Shown in pieces: positions 12,880-25,800 of a DNA stretch of 64,000 nucleotides; the first letter of the stretch is position 1; every line of letters begins with the position of its first letter. The notes below the pieces were generated by a model that was given only the letters and a program-made list of their open reading frames with translations, had not been told where the DNA came from and made no database searches. Source of the DNA: Felis catus (Eukaryota); NCBI RefSeq assembly GCF_018350175.1, contig NC_058383.1:7626001-7690000 (forward strand). The letters are read 5' to 3'. Position numbers and translations under genes: made by a program.

Positions 12880-13800
12880 CCTTTGAAATTTGGCGGGAAT
12901 TAACGTCATCAGTCGGGAGGACCAGGGCTGCGCACGCGCGAGACACCTACTCTTTCTCGCGCGCTAACTTTGCCGCCGCGGCAGCCAATCAGAGTTAACG
13001 TCAGAGCCAGAGTTCCGAGGACTCACCAATCGAATCTGGGAGGCGGGCCGCCGTGGAGGCAGTGGCGAGAGGGGGCGGGGACGGGAAGAGGGCACGCACG
13101 GTTCTAGGGGCAGGGTCTCTGAGGGCCAATGGGAAAGGCCTGAGGGTGAAGGCGGTGGGGCGTGGCGTTGGCGGCTCCCGCAACCCAAGGCCGTCCAATG
13201 TCGGGCCAATCAGAGTGAGGAGGTGGGGGGAGAACAACCAATCAGCGTGCAGAACAGGCAAGGCAAGGGGTTGAGGAGTCTCGCGCGGACGTCGCCGGCT
13301 CCGTAGTTTCTGTCAGGGGAGCCAAGCGTGCGGAGGAGGCTGAGGAGGCGGGAAGGCGGCTGTGGTTGAAGGGACGATCGCTGACTTGCGGGGAGGAGGT
13401 CCGAGGGTGCAGGCAAACATGGTGATGGCGGCGAAGAAGGGTCCAGGCCCGGGTGGCGGGGTCAGCGGGGGAAAGGCGGAAGCGGAGGCGGCCTCGGAGG
13501 TGTGGTGTCGCCGGGTGCGGGAACTGGGCGGCTGCAGCCAGGCCGGGAACCGCCACTGCTTCGAGTGCGCCCAGCGCGGGGTCACCTACGTGGATATCAC
13601 CGTGGGCAGCTTCGTCTGCACCACCTGCTCAGGCCTCCTGTGAGTGGACTGGCGCGGAGGGTGGGGAGGGGGCAGGACCGGGAAGGGACAGCGGAGAGTC
13701 GGCGTTGGGGACAGCGGGGATCTGGGACGAAGGGACAGGGCCAGAGCTGAGGTAGTGGCGGCGGGGAGGCCTGGAGACGCGCCTGATGTGCTGAGAGGGT
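12880..13800 (+). promoter_or_regulatory. AGFG2 CpG-island promoter with six CCAAT boxes
   Basis: CpG-rich. CCAAT at 12985, 13026, 13136, 13195, 13206 and 13238; GC boxes; NRF1-like TGCGCACGCG near 12930. Confidence 0.8.
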
Positions 13801-16800
13801 CCCCCACTGCAGAGGTGTCATGGGGAAGGGAAATTGGCAGGGGAGACAAGACACGATTGGAGTCGCGTTGCAGGAGAAAGGAAGGACACCGAAGAAGAAG
13901 GGAGAAACTCCCTAAGGGAGGAGAGGCGAACCGAAAGTGGGGAGAGTTGAAGGGAAGGTGGTTAGATATTTAAAGGGCCAGAGAATGACACCCACCTTTC
14001 AAGGGAACTTTGGGGGGGGGGGGCAAGTAGGAAAGAAGTAGAGTGAACTGGGCCCTAGATAAAGCATACTTTTCTATTAGCTTGTGCCCATCCTGGAGTG
14101 TGAGATGGAAAAACCAATTTAAAATAGATAAAGTTAGCCCAGTTGACAGCATAGACATAGTGACTAGGTAAGGAACCATGTTCCAGTGTTCAGGTGCAGG
14201 CCCTAATGTCGCAGGGTTTGGGGATGCTACCCAGAGGTAGATTTCTTACAAATTTTAAGAGATGGGAGCTGCTGGGTTGCCCTGTTAGAGAGCTTAATTT
14301 TTCCAGAGGTTGGGGTATCTGGATGAGCCATCCTTAAGTGTCATAGTTTACACCTTTAAGCTTCTGGTTGCCATGGCTTGATCCTGGTAGTAGCATCTGG
14401 CATCTTTGTAGATTTGGGGGAGTTTTGTTGTATAATCTGCAGTGCTACACTTGGCACTGGCACTCGATTTGGTCATGCCTGAGCTAATTTAGAGCCACAG
14501 TTCTAGGCCAGCATTCTGCTTATAGAGTAGGGTTCTTTTTCCCCTTAGGGAATTATTTGGTTAGATGCCTGGTTAGCATTCGATACCAATGCTGTATCTC
14601 TCTTTTTCTGTGAGTTTATTAAGGGATCTATTTGGACTTGTTTAGTATTGTTTTAATGCATTGGTTTGTTTGGTCGGTTGGTTTCAGATTTAACAAGGGG
14701 TGCTTTCCTTGTTTCTAATACCATTAGGAGCCAAGGAGCGGGCAGTATTGTTCTTACATGACAGATGGGAGAACAGAAGCAAAGAGAGGTTTAGTAATTT
14801 ATCCAATGCCATATGGGGGTTGCTGTTCTCAGCATTTCTTGTTGGATATTAGTTATGATCATGGCAGACCAGAAATGAAGACCCAGGTCTCCTAAGATAC
14901 AGTGTACGATTATTTCTGTTTCGTTTTTACCTCCTTTGCCAAACTTCTATGTTCTGATCAACCTCACTTGTGTGTTATAACTTTGGTCTTAGTGAACGTC
15001 ATTATGGCCCTTGGGACAATGATTAGAACGCAAACAGGAATGTGTCAAAAGATAGAGACTTAAGTGAAGCAAAAGGATAGACTTGAGTCTGGGACGAATA
15101 GTCTGAGGAGAGAAGGAGCAACGTTTAGGAATGTTTATAGCAGAAAGAGAAAGAACAGATTCTTCAAGATCCTGTTATGAAAAGGAAAATCTGATTATAG
15201 AGTCTGGAAGCAGGGGGATAAAATTGATGGTATATCAGAGTCTAGGTCCTGGGAAGAAAATGTTTGGAAATAGTGTTAATTCATTCCCAGAGCTAGCTGC
15301 GCAGCACAAAAGATAAATCACTGACTAAATGGGAGGGCTGACACCATTATCATTATTTTATAGATCTTGGTTTAAAGTCTCCCATAGATAACATTTCACT
15401 TCTATAATGAGTATTCCCTCAATCAGGACAGAAGGAGGGTCAAGGGATCTGGCACACATTAAAAACCTGATTTTCTTTTGCTGGAACGGTTCTCTTTAAA
15501 TATCAGTGCACAAATTGCAAAATTTTACTACTTTTCCCCTGTGCTCATTTTTGTTGGTTTTTAGTGGAGGATCAAGAGGCTGGGCCAATAAATGAGGCTG
15601 AACTGAAGGCATGTCAAGATTATAAGGAGAGAGATATCAGAAGAAACTTCTTCAAGAAAGCTGTAGTTTCCCTGGCTGTGACTGTCTGCCAGGGTTCTGA
15701 TGGTGCTTCTCATTTGCTGAGTGGAGTTCTAATTAGCATGAACTAAGTAGGGCAAGGCATAGAAACCTGATAAAAGGGTCTTCACAAAGTGTTACATGTG
15801 CCCTCTGATGGACCTTGGGAGGGGCTGGGTGCTGGCAGGTGAGCCGGAAATAGAATGAGTGAGGGACGCTTACTGCTGGCTGCAGAGTGAAGAGGGGACA
15901 CACACAGTTCAGCAGGCAGCGGAGGGGCATGGCTCCCCAGTGACACATATACCAGTTAACATCTTAAATCCACATGGTTGCCCACAGATTAGGATTTTGT
16001 GGTACTGGGAAGTGAAAAATGTGGAGGTGGCACATTCATTCAGTCAGTCTGGCAACACATTTATTGAGTGCCTGTTAAGACCCGGACACAGTTTTAGGCA
16101 CTGGAGATACGGCAGTGCACAAAATTGACAAAGTACAATCTTCATGTAGCTTACATCATAGTGGAGACTGTGGACTCGAAATCAATCATTAAATATATAT
16201 TTGCAGGTAGTAATAAGTGCTGTGAAGTAGCATGGGCGGGAGAGTGATGGGAGCTCGTGTTGAGCTATGATGATGAAAAGAGTGTATTCTTTGTTAAAAA
16301 TGACGAGGGCATTGGGGGCAGGGAATTCAAATACCACACTTAGAACCACAGCCAGAGAAAGGAGACAGGGAGACTGGCTTTATTTTGAAAGCCAGCTTTC
16401 TGCTGAGTATGTTACAAATATTCCACCTCTTAGAGCAATGGAATATTCTGGGGGCAGTGTGCACAATCACCCGAGTTCCCAGCTGGCTACACGTGCTGAG
16501 GTAGCAAAGTTGACTGTTCCAGCCAAAGTTGAATTTCCCAGGATCTGGAGAAATTTTCGATTTTAATACTGGTGGGTGGGTATGCCTATGGCTTCATTGC
16601 TACATGTGTGAGCTCTTTCTCGTTTTCTTTTTTAATGAGAACTATTTTCTCAGCTCTAGCAGAAAACTACAGCGTTGGTGTGAGGGACTGAGAGAGAAGC
16701 TGCTAGTTTTTGCTGTTTCTAAATTTATGTACATGCTGCCACAATTGTAGGTCCCAAATTTGACCTAGTTTTATTCATTTGGTTTTCATCCAATACCTAG

Positions 16801-19800
16801 TTTCCTTAACCTAGATATAGATTTCATGTCCCCAACATATACATACACTTGTTTGTTTAGTTGTGTCTAACTCTCCTACTAGAGAATGATGCTAGATTGC
16901 TGCTAAAAAGTGCTTTTTCCAAAGCAGTGCCTTAAATGTGTTTTCTTGTTCTGGTTTGACTGGATGCCTCAATGGATAAAGCACTTTTCTTTAGAAAGAA
17001 AATAGATCTTGAGTCCTGAAATGTCTTTGACATCAGGGATGGGCACTACCTTTGACACCCAATTTTTTCAACAGAATATGTGGCACACTTCCCCAACCGG
17101 GCTGTTTGGGTCCATTCTTTTTAATCCATTGACCTTCTGGTCTCAGTAATAAATACTTGTCTCCTCTACTTCTGCACAACTTTATTCCAGTAATGGGATT
17201 AATTCAGGATTCAGGTGGACAAAGCTCTAGGCTGGGTGCCAGGAGATGTGCTTGACAGCTCTTTACTTGTGACAGATTCCTAACCTCCTTGTGCCTTAGT
17301 TTCCCCATCTGGCTTGCTAGTAGTGATTCCTAGTTGAAGCAGTTTTTTTTTTAATGTTTATTCATTTATTTTGAGAGAGAGAGAGCACGAGTGGGGAGGG
17401 GCAGAGAGAGAGAGAGGGAGAGAGAGAATCCCAAGCAGTCTCCATGCTGTCAGCACAGAGCCCAACGTGGGGCTCAAACTCACGAACTGTGAGACGATGG
17501 CCTGAGCCACAATCGAGAGCTGGACACTTAACCAACAGAACCACCCAGGTGCCCTCCTAGTTGAAGAACTTTTATCTCCATGGAAGAAAAGGCGTAGTGT
17601 GGTGTTAAATAATTCAGTACTTTTCCATCCATCTGGGTTAGAGAGGTAGATGTGTTCATTGCCCCTGTGTTAGTCCCATCCCTTCACCCCTCCCACCTCA
17701 CCTTCCATCCAAAGACATAAGAAGAAGAGGGAACAATGTAAAAGGATTGAGAATAGGCCTGAAGAAGAAAGCAGAGGATTCTGTGTGCTCTACACGAGTG
17801 GACAGCTGTTTATCATTGTCACTAAGGAAAAACTACAGGAAATGGCTTGAGGCAGGGATTTTAGATTAGGAAGAAGTTTCCTAAAATTAGTGAAATTGAG
17901 CCTGGAGAAGGGAAATAGGGGAGCCTTCCTATTAGGGACTAGTAAGAATCTCTAATAGGGACTCTTTTGGGTGATGTTTGGGTCCAAGAACTGCAGTGGT
18001 TTCACTGAACCCTGCTCAGAGGCAGAGGACTGGAATCCCAGAAGCAAGAAACCTCCTCTGGGGTGTTTGAATTTGAACATGAAATATTCAGAAGTCAGGA
18101 GTTCCCAAGTCCAAATCTGGTACAAATGAAAGAACTTGGGTGCTGGGTGGAACTGTTTTTTTCCATTGTTGACCTGACAGAACCTTCTTATCTGAGCAGC
18201 TGAGCAGGTTCAAGACTTTCATGAAGCAAGACAGAAGTAAAATATGGGCCATTGTGAGGGTGATGCTCACAGAAAAACAAAAGGTGTGGTATTTGTAGAA
18301 ACAGTAGTATGCTTGATAGAATCAAAGGGAAGGGAGAGAGAGGCAAGGAAAAAGAATTGGGCGGGCTTTCAGGTCCTTGCAAGTCACTTCACTGCCAGTA
18401 ATTCAGAGCACTTCAAATGCTGGTCAGGTGCCCTGTGAAAGAGAAACTGAAGTTAAAGAAGGCGTCATGACAGGGCTGAGGCTTGAGTCCTAGTAATGTA
18501 CTTGCTCTCAGTTGGAAAAACATGCCCTATTCTGGGCAAATAAGTTTATCTCTGTGTTTCCCCAGCACCTCCTGGTTAGAAATAACAGAACGGATTTGCT
18601 GCGATAACCGAAGGGCAGTGCCTCCTTCCAGCTCTCACTTCTTTTGGGGAGAACCTGAGAGTCATGCTGGGGAGACCGGGTGCAAGTTGGAGAGCTGGGT
18701 CTGTTTGATTCCAGGCCAGTGACTCAGATATGGCCCACTGCATGACCCTGCTATGACCCCAGGGAGACCCAGTACCCCTAGACCATTCGATTGCAGCTAC
18801 TGGGAGGAGAGGGGCTCTTGTTTCTAAATTGTTTCTGTCAGCCAGCGATGGCCTCTCTCTGATTCAGAAACAAATGCTCTGACTCATAGGCCATGTAACT
18901 AGGTCCTCTTTCTTCCTGGGCTGCAGAGTGTTGCGTTGTAGAGAATTTTCCCTGCCCCCAAACTGTGACTCTAGTTATACATAATCCAGTCTACAGACAT
19001 CAAGGTCAGAGCAGTGCTTTTTGTACTGTGCTATGGAAACATCCTGTTCCTTCAGATTCATTTGGCCCAAAGCACCTAAATCACCTATTTTCTCTGCTTT
19101 CCTTTCATCCTATCTTCTAACCCCCAGCGACAACCCCCCCCCCCAAAAAAAACCCTCCAGTCCAAGCTCAGCCATAGGAAGTTCTGTTGTTCTAATCATC
19201 CCCTCTAGACTGATGAGTGAGTCAAGTCCCTCCCCTTCCCCCTACAAGGAAGCACACCTCCCTGTTTACACTTTGCTAACAGTTCCTGGTTGTCCTTTCA
19301 GGAAATGTCAATGACCTTTTTGTGATAGGCTTAGAATCTGTTTTTCTAGAGTAAACGTAATATATTTTACTTTTCCCGTGACCATTTCTCTTCCTTCCCC
19401 CACTGCTGCATCCTGGTGCCACATTCTCCCTGATCAGGCTGTGTGTGCCTGAATGGCACCCAACTGTGTTGAGACGTATCTTTGTCCAGGCTCCTTGGGG
19501 CCTTGTAAGCAAGGTCCTGGTGATCAAGGATTAGGTCCTATGTGATATATATGATATATAGTGATAAACAACTGTCTATCGTATCTCCCAAAGTGCTTAC
19601 CATAATGCCTTGTATTTTGGCAAAGCAAATATTTGTTAGTGGGAGGTGGAGCTGGGATCATAAGGATGGAGAGATCCGCTCTAGCTAGACCTCAGAGCAG
19701 TCTGGCATTCTGAGAGGGAAGGCCTAACTAGGGATTAAGGTTAGCAAGGGTAAGGGAAAGGATATAAAAGGCTGTCTGGACTCAAAACAAAACAAGGCCA

Positions 19801-22800
19801 TTATAAGAGAGGCTTTGGGAGAGAAAACTGGAATATCTCTGAAATGTGATTAGAAGAGAATCTTCAGGGCAGATCAAGTTTAAGAGCTGTTGTTTGACGT
19901 GTAGTTACAAAGCCTTGCTTTTGGATTTCACTGCTCTAATCTTTCCTTGGGGCATCAGTCCTCTTTGATACTGTCTTTTAAAGGAGTATTTTGAGACCCT
20001 TTACTTAAAAGCCTAGCAGCAGAATTGCTGAAACTGCCTTCGATTGTAGCCTTCAGTGTCCTGCCCTTTGTTAGAATCCCATAATCAGTAATTTATCATA
20101 CAAAGGGGCTGCACCCTTCACTGTTCACTCTGTACTGTGTCACCTCTCCCCTGTTCCCGCCCCACTGCCATCGCGTACACTAACACGTGTACTGCCATTC
20201 TTCTAGACTTGCAAGGACGCATTTAATCTGTGTGTGCATGCATAAGCATGAACGTGTGTTCTCCCCACTTTTCTCTAGGATTTCCATTTGGTAAATTGTG
20301 TTATCTCTTACTTCCCTCTTTGCTTTCCTGATGGCATCAACCAGGACCCTATGCTAGAGTTACTTTTCTTTTCCCATCTTGATTTGCCGATTTTTCCCAG
20401 GAGACCAAAAGTCTGAAGAGACCTCATCAGTTGAGACTGTCTTTCCTGCATGTACCTGGGCTCTTTCACATCGTGGTCCTAGGGTCTGATTTATTTGTTT
20501 TGGCTTGGCTGGTTTTGTTTTCATCTGATGAGTGCCGTTGGTCTAGACCAGAGTAAAACTTAAGGGAAAGGGGAACCTGGCTTAGCGCCAAGTTTCTCTT
20601 GTTAGAACACTACAGAGGGCAGCTGAGTGGGGTCAAGGAAGCCTTCTTGTCTACTGCAATCTCCACAGGGCTTCCGTGGGCAGAACTAGACTTTTCAGAG
20701 AGTTAACAGAACACACAGAGCTAAACACAAAAGCATCACTACAGGATATATGTTCCTGACTCATGCCAATCTCCTATCTCATGGTTGAACCTGACTTCCT
20801 CCTGCTTCATTGAAAGATCTAGGGGGCGCCTGGTGGCTCAACCAGTTAAATGCCTGACTTCCGCTCAGGTCATGATCTCACAGTTCACAAGTTTGAGCCC
20901 GGAGCCCCATGCCCCTCATTGGGCTCTGCACTGGCAGCTCAGAGCCTGGAGCCTGCTTCAGATTCTGTGGCTCCCTCTCTCTCTGCCCCCCCCCTTTCAT
21001 TCTCTGTCTCTCAAAAATAAATGAAGGCATTAAAAATTTTTAAAAAAGAAAGAAAAATCAATTGATCGATCTAGAACCCAGAGTCTGGACTGTTTCTTTT
21101 CCCAGAGATCTCTTCCTGAAAGAGAGGGACCCTGTTCATCTCTACCAACACACTTTCTGTCTAGACAAAGAGGAGGGCAGCCAGGTCTAAAACAGTGGTA
21201 AAACAGGAAATGGGAAGTGGGCACATCTCAGAGTTCCCAGAAGTACCCCCAGCCTGCAGGTTGAACACAGAACCTTGTCAAAGTAGAGAAGGCTTCTGGA
21301 TGGACGGACTCTGCCTTACTCTCCAGAATGAGTGGGATCACAACACATTCTGGACTCTGTCGTCCCTGTCTCTGATTAAAAACCTCCCAAACGTTCTTGC
21401 TTCCTATCTTTCCTTGAATTAGGAACTAGCTTCAGTCGGGAAATTCTACCTGAGCTTAATTTATGTGTTGTTTTATCCTTTCTCCCTCCCCCTCCTCCCA
21501 TAAACAGACCTGCAGGCTAACTGCATTGTACTTCTCTTTCTGTTTCTCTCCCACAGGAGAGGCCTGAACCCCCCTCACCGAGTCAAGTCCATCTCCATGA
21601 CAACTTTCACTGAGCCTGAAGTAGTATTCCTGCAATCCCGTGGAAATGAGGTGAGCTACCACTGACGGAACAGTTACTGGTGTAGTTGCCCCATTGGCCG
21701 GGGTGAACTTTGCGTCCAGATTATAGAAAAACCCTACAGCTTTCTTTTTTGGCCGAGTTTCTTTTATTTTTTAGCCTAAAATGTGTCTTACCTTACGTAT
21801 ATTTATATATTCATGGAGTCTTAGTTATACAAATTGTGATTTGTCTAGGCCCTTGTTAGAGGAATCAGGGAAAGGAGCAAAATCTGTGTGGGGGTGACCC
21901 CTGGGTACTCACAAGGAAAACTGTCCCTTGACATTTAGAGCTCCACACTGATGAGCGTTCAGAGTTGCCTGGGCCAGCCCCTCTGAGTAAGATCTCCTAG
22001 AGCCAGCTCTCCTGACCTGAGCCTCAGCACCCTGGGTTTAAGTTCATGTCATGTACTTGAAAGTGAGTTAAACCCCTTCCCCAGCTAAATCTGCTGGTCG
22101 GAAGATGCTGTCTTTGGTGTTAACAGTACTCCTAGCTTGCGGGTGATTGCTTTACTTGGGGTGCAAACAAGGGAAGGCCTCTGGAGTGTGTTCTGGAAGC
22201 CACAGCTCTGAAAGTTATCCCTGACCCCACCCCCATCCAGATTTAGTGCTCCATAATTCTCAGGGCCCTCTATTTTCTTTTATAAGATGTGTCATACTAT
22301 GTAATGATAAATCTATTTTTATTTATCTAAGGCAGGACCTCCCCATTAGATGGTCAACTCTGTGAGGACAGGGATCATGTCTGCTTTGTAGGTATACCCA
22401 GATCCTCACCCTGTGTCCGTGCTCAATAAATATGTATTGATGAATACATTGGAAGTGATATCATTCCCATTTCATGCTTTCTGCCTCAACTCCTCTGTCA
22501 CCTGACTCCATTCCTTTAGGTATGCAGGAAGATTTGGCTGGGTCTTTTTGATGCTCGGACGTCATTAATACCAGACTCCAGGGATCCTCAGAAGGTGAAG
22601 GAGTTTCTCCAGGAAAAATATGAGAAGAAGAGATGGTAAGGAGGAGGAAAGAGATTGCTATATAGAGACACATGTCCAAGACATTCTTTGTTTGACAGGC
22701 TAGTTTCCAGACTTGAACTGGGGCTTCTCTCAAGAGGCCAGGCTTGGGTTGAGTGTGTTCCACCCAGATTCAGTTAGGGCCCAATTCTGACTTCAAAGAA

Positions 22801-25800
22801 ATAAAGCTACCTAAAAAGACAACTTGTTACTGGTCACTAACCTTGAAGATTTGATGCCCCTCTTTTGGGGAGACATTAGACTGCTTGGAGGGGGTGCTGG
22901 ACCTGAGGGGGTGTGGGTCAGATTTATAGCTCAGCTGGGACCATAGATGCAGAGAGGCGGCTGGAAGCATGTCCGAGAGTTTTGTGCTTTTACCCCATCG
23001 TTTCATCCATGATTTATCTGTGTGTTCTGTTTTCCTGATGACGAAAACAGCGTCTCTCTTCTCCCTTGCCTTTTCTCTCCCCAGGTGGCACTTCCTATTG
23101 TCTGATCTCAGTCCTGTGTGCATGTTGGGGGGTAACTATAGGGTGGAGAAGAGAACACAGACAGCAAGAGGATTGTTGTGGACATAACAGCATTTTGGAG
23201 TCCCTCCTGGGGTGTCCTCTGGCTATAGAACATACTTCCAAAGTAGAAGACCACATGCATTGGAGTGGAGGGGATTTTATCAGAAGTAGCAGGAGCTGGC
23301 GGGATAGATTGTGAGCACTTAGAAGATGAGGTGGCAGAAACTTTTCTGTGGGACTAAGGAGGAGAACCTGCAGAAACACCTAGGAAATAAAAAGGAAGTT
23401 GGAAAATAGGATTGCCTGTCCAGCAGCATTATTGAGGGGTTATCACTTGAAACCCAGATGGTTTGATGTCAGAAAGAGAAAGGAGAGAGGAGAGAAAAAC
23501 AGGCACAAGTCAGAAAAGAGTGAGCACCTGATGGTAAAGAGGACTCTCAAGATGGGCAAAATGTGCTGAGTTACAAAATTCAGTTCAAAAAAGAGAATTA
23601 GTGGGAAAAGGAAAAGGGACTTGGACTTCTGTCACCTGTGCTTCCCGGGTGCCTAAGCTGAGCATGGCCCATGATGTCACCTGACTATTCTTTCTCAAAG
23701 GTATGTCCCCCCAGACCAAGTCAAGGGGCCCGCTTATACCAAAGGCAGTGCCTCCACCCCCATCCAGGGCTCCGTCCCAGAAGGGAAGCCCCTGCGGACT
23801 CTTCTAGGGGATCCCGTGCCATCTCTCTCTGCTGCTGCCTCCACCTCTAGCCAGGTAACTCTCAGATCTTCCCTCCGAGACTGGTTGGGGTTTTGGGAAC
23901 CAGGGCTATTGGTTTCCTTAATCCAATCCCCTGGACTTAGCAGACAGCAGTATAGGAGATGTGAGTTGGCTCTCAGCCCTGCCGTTACCCATGTCTTAGA
24001 TTCCCCTTGGACTCTATTGTTTTGGAAGAAAGAACCCAACAGGAAGTGATATTTAGGGAAGTCAGAGTAACAGCTTCAAACCTGACCATTGCTCCAGGGT
24101 AACACAGAAGGGGCCGGGACACTGCCTGAGCACCTGGGAAAGATGAGGCAGTAACAGGTCCAGGGGGACCATTGGCCACATCCCTGTATATCTCAGACTT
24201 GCCTTCACTGACAGGCTCTAAAATGTATGGCTCTGGGAACTGGTATACTGAGAAGACAGAGGAGTTAGGCATGTGAGGGGCTAAGGCAGCTTCTGCCCAG
24301 GAAAGTCTCTCAGTTGAGCGCAGTTTCTCCCTCTCTTCTCTCTCCACTTGCCTATCTGGGGGCAGCCTAGGGAGTCATGCGGGGGCCGGGTCATGTCTGG
24401 TCCAAGTGCTCTATGTCATGCCTTCTCCTCTCAAGTCTGTCAGTCAGTCTCAGCCTCGGACGTCCCAGCCCCGGAGCTCCCAGCCACCTGCCCACTCCTC
24501 AGTCAAGAAAGCCAGTACTGACCTGCTGGCTGACATAGGTGGAGACCCCTTTGCTGCTCCCCAGGTGGCACCAGCTTTTGCTGCATTCCCAGCCTTTGGG
24601 GGTAAGTGGGACTTGGGACAAGAACATTCTTGCAATATATGCACACAGGACACGAGGAATTCACGCCCTTGTGGTGACCAGATTTCACCTGGCTCTAGCT
24701 CACTTCACACAAATGAATGTGATGGGAATTATGGAGCCTCAAGGCCGGGAGGGTTGGGGCCAAATGAGTATGGCTGGGATTATGTTTGCAAGTTTGACCA
24801 GAAAACGTTACAGTTGGGGACTCCTAGCACTTCCTTTTAGAGCACTGGAAATAGCCTTTTTATTACTTTCTTTCTCTGTTAAAATGGGGGCTGAGGGATT
24901 ATCTTGTTTTCCATTTCCCCTGCCCTCTTCCCAAAGATCAGCAGTAGCCAACAGAGTGTTGAATAAAGCGGTGTCTAGTTTCCATTTTTCCTTTCAAGCC
25001 CTTTCCCCCACCAGAACTAATTTTTTTTTTCACATGATTAAGCCCGAATGAGGCCTTGACAAAAATGTTAATGCCTCATGGAGTAAGGATAAAAGATGGC
25101 GGGGAGTGAACCTGGAGACCTTTGAGATCCCCTCTGCTCAGCCCCTGCCATCTCTCCCTGAAGAGGACCCTGTAGAAAGGCAGATGGCCCATCAGTGGCC
25201 TTTGGCCTTTGGAATTAGTGTGTATTATATCGATTATATGTACATTTTATATATGCAGCCTTTATATCCCCTCCACCTGTAGGCCAGACACCTTCCCACG
25301 GAGGCTTTGCCAACTTTGATGCCTTTGGCAGTAGCCCTGCCTCTTCTGCATTTGGAAGCATTCCTCCAGCTGGCCAAGGCCCGTTCCAGGCCCAGCCAAC
25401 ACCCACAGGTAAACTTTGCCTTGCTCTCTCCAGATCCCCTTCTCTCTTCCAACTGCATTCAGTTTTCCACATCCATGTATCGCCCTTCATTCACATCTGC
25501 ACCAACCTAGAGAACTAGGCAAAGGAGACAGGATGAAGAGGAGAAGCCCCGGGAAAGGAAGAGAGGGGTCTAATGAGATTCTTGCCAGGAAGAAGGGCGC
25601 TTCTCCATTTTGTCATGTAAGGAAAGCAGCTGAATTGCAGCAGGAGTCGTGCAGGGTGTGTATAGGAGTTATGCAGGGTGTGCATAGGAGGTCAGAACCA
25701 GGAAGCTCGGGAGTCGCAGTCCTCAAAAAGTCAAGAGTGGATGTGACCTTTCCTGTAGCATGCTCTGAAGGCTCATGTTGTACACTGCCCAAAAGGTAAG

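Noticed and set aside
13362-13418. GTG-initiated extension of AGFG2
   Set aside because: The ATG at 13419 has a strong Kozak context (aacATGg) and matches the known N-terminus.
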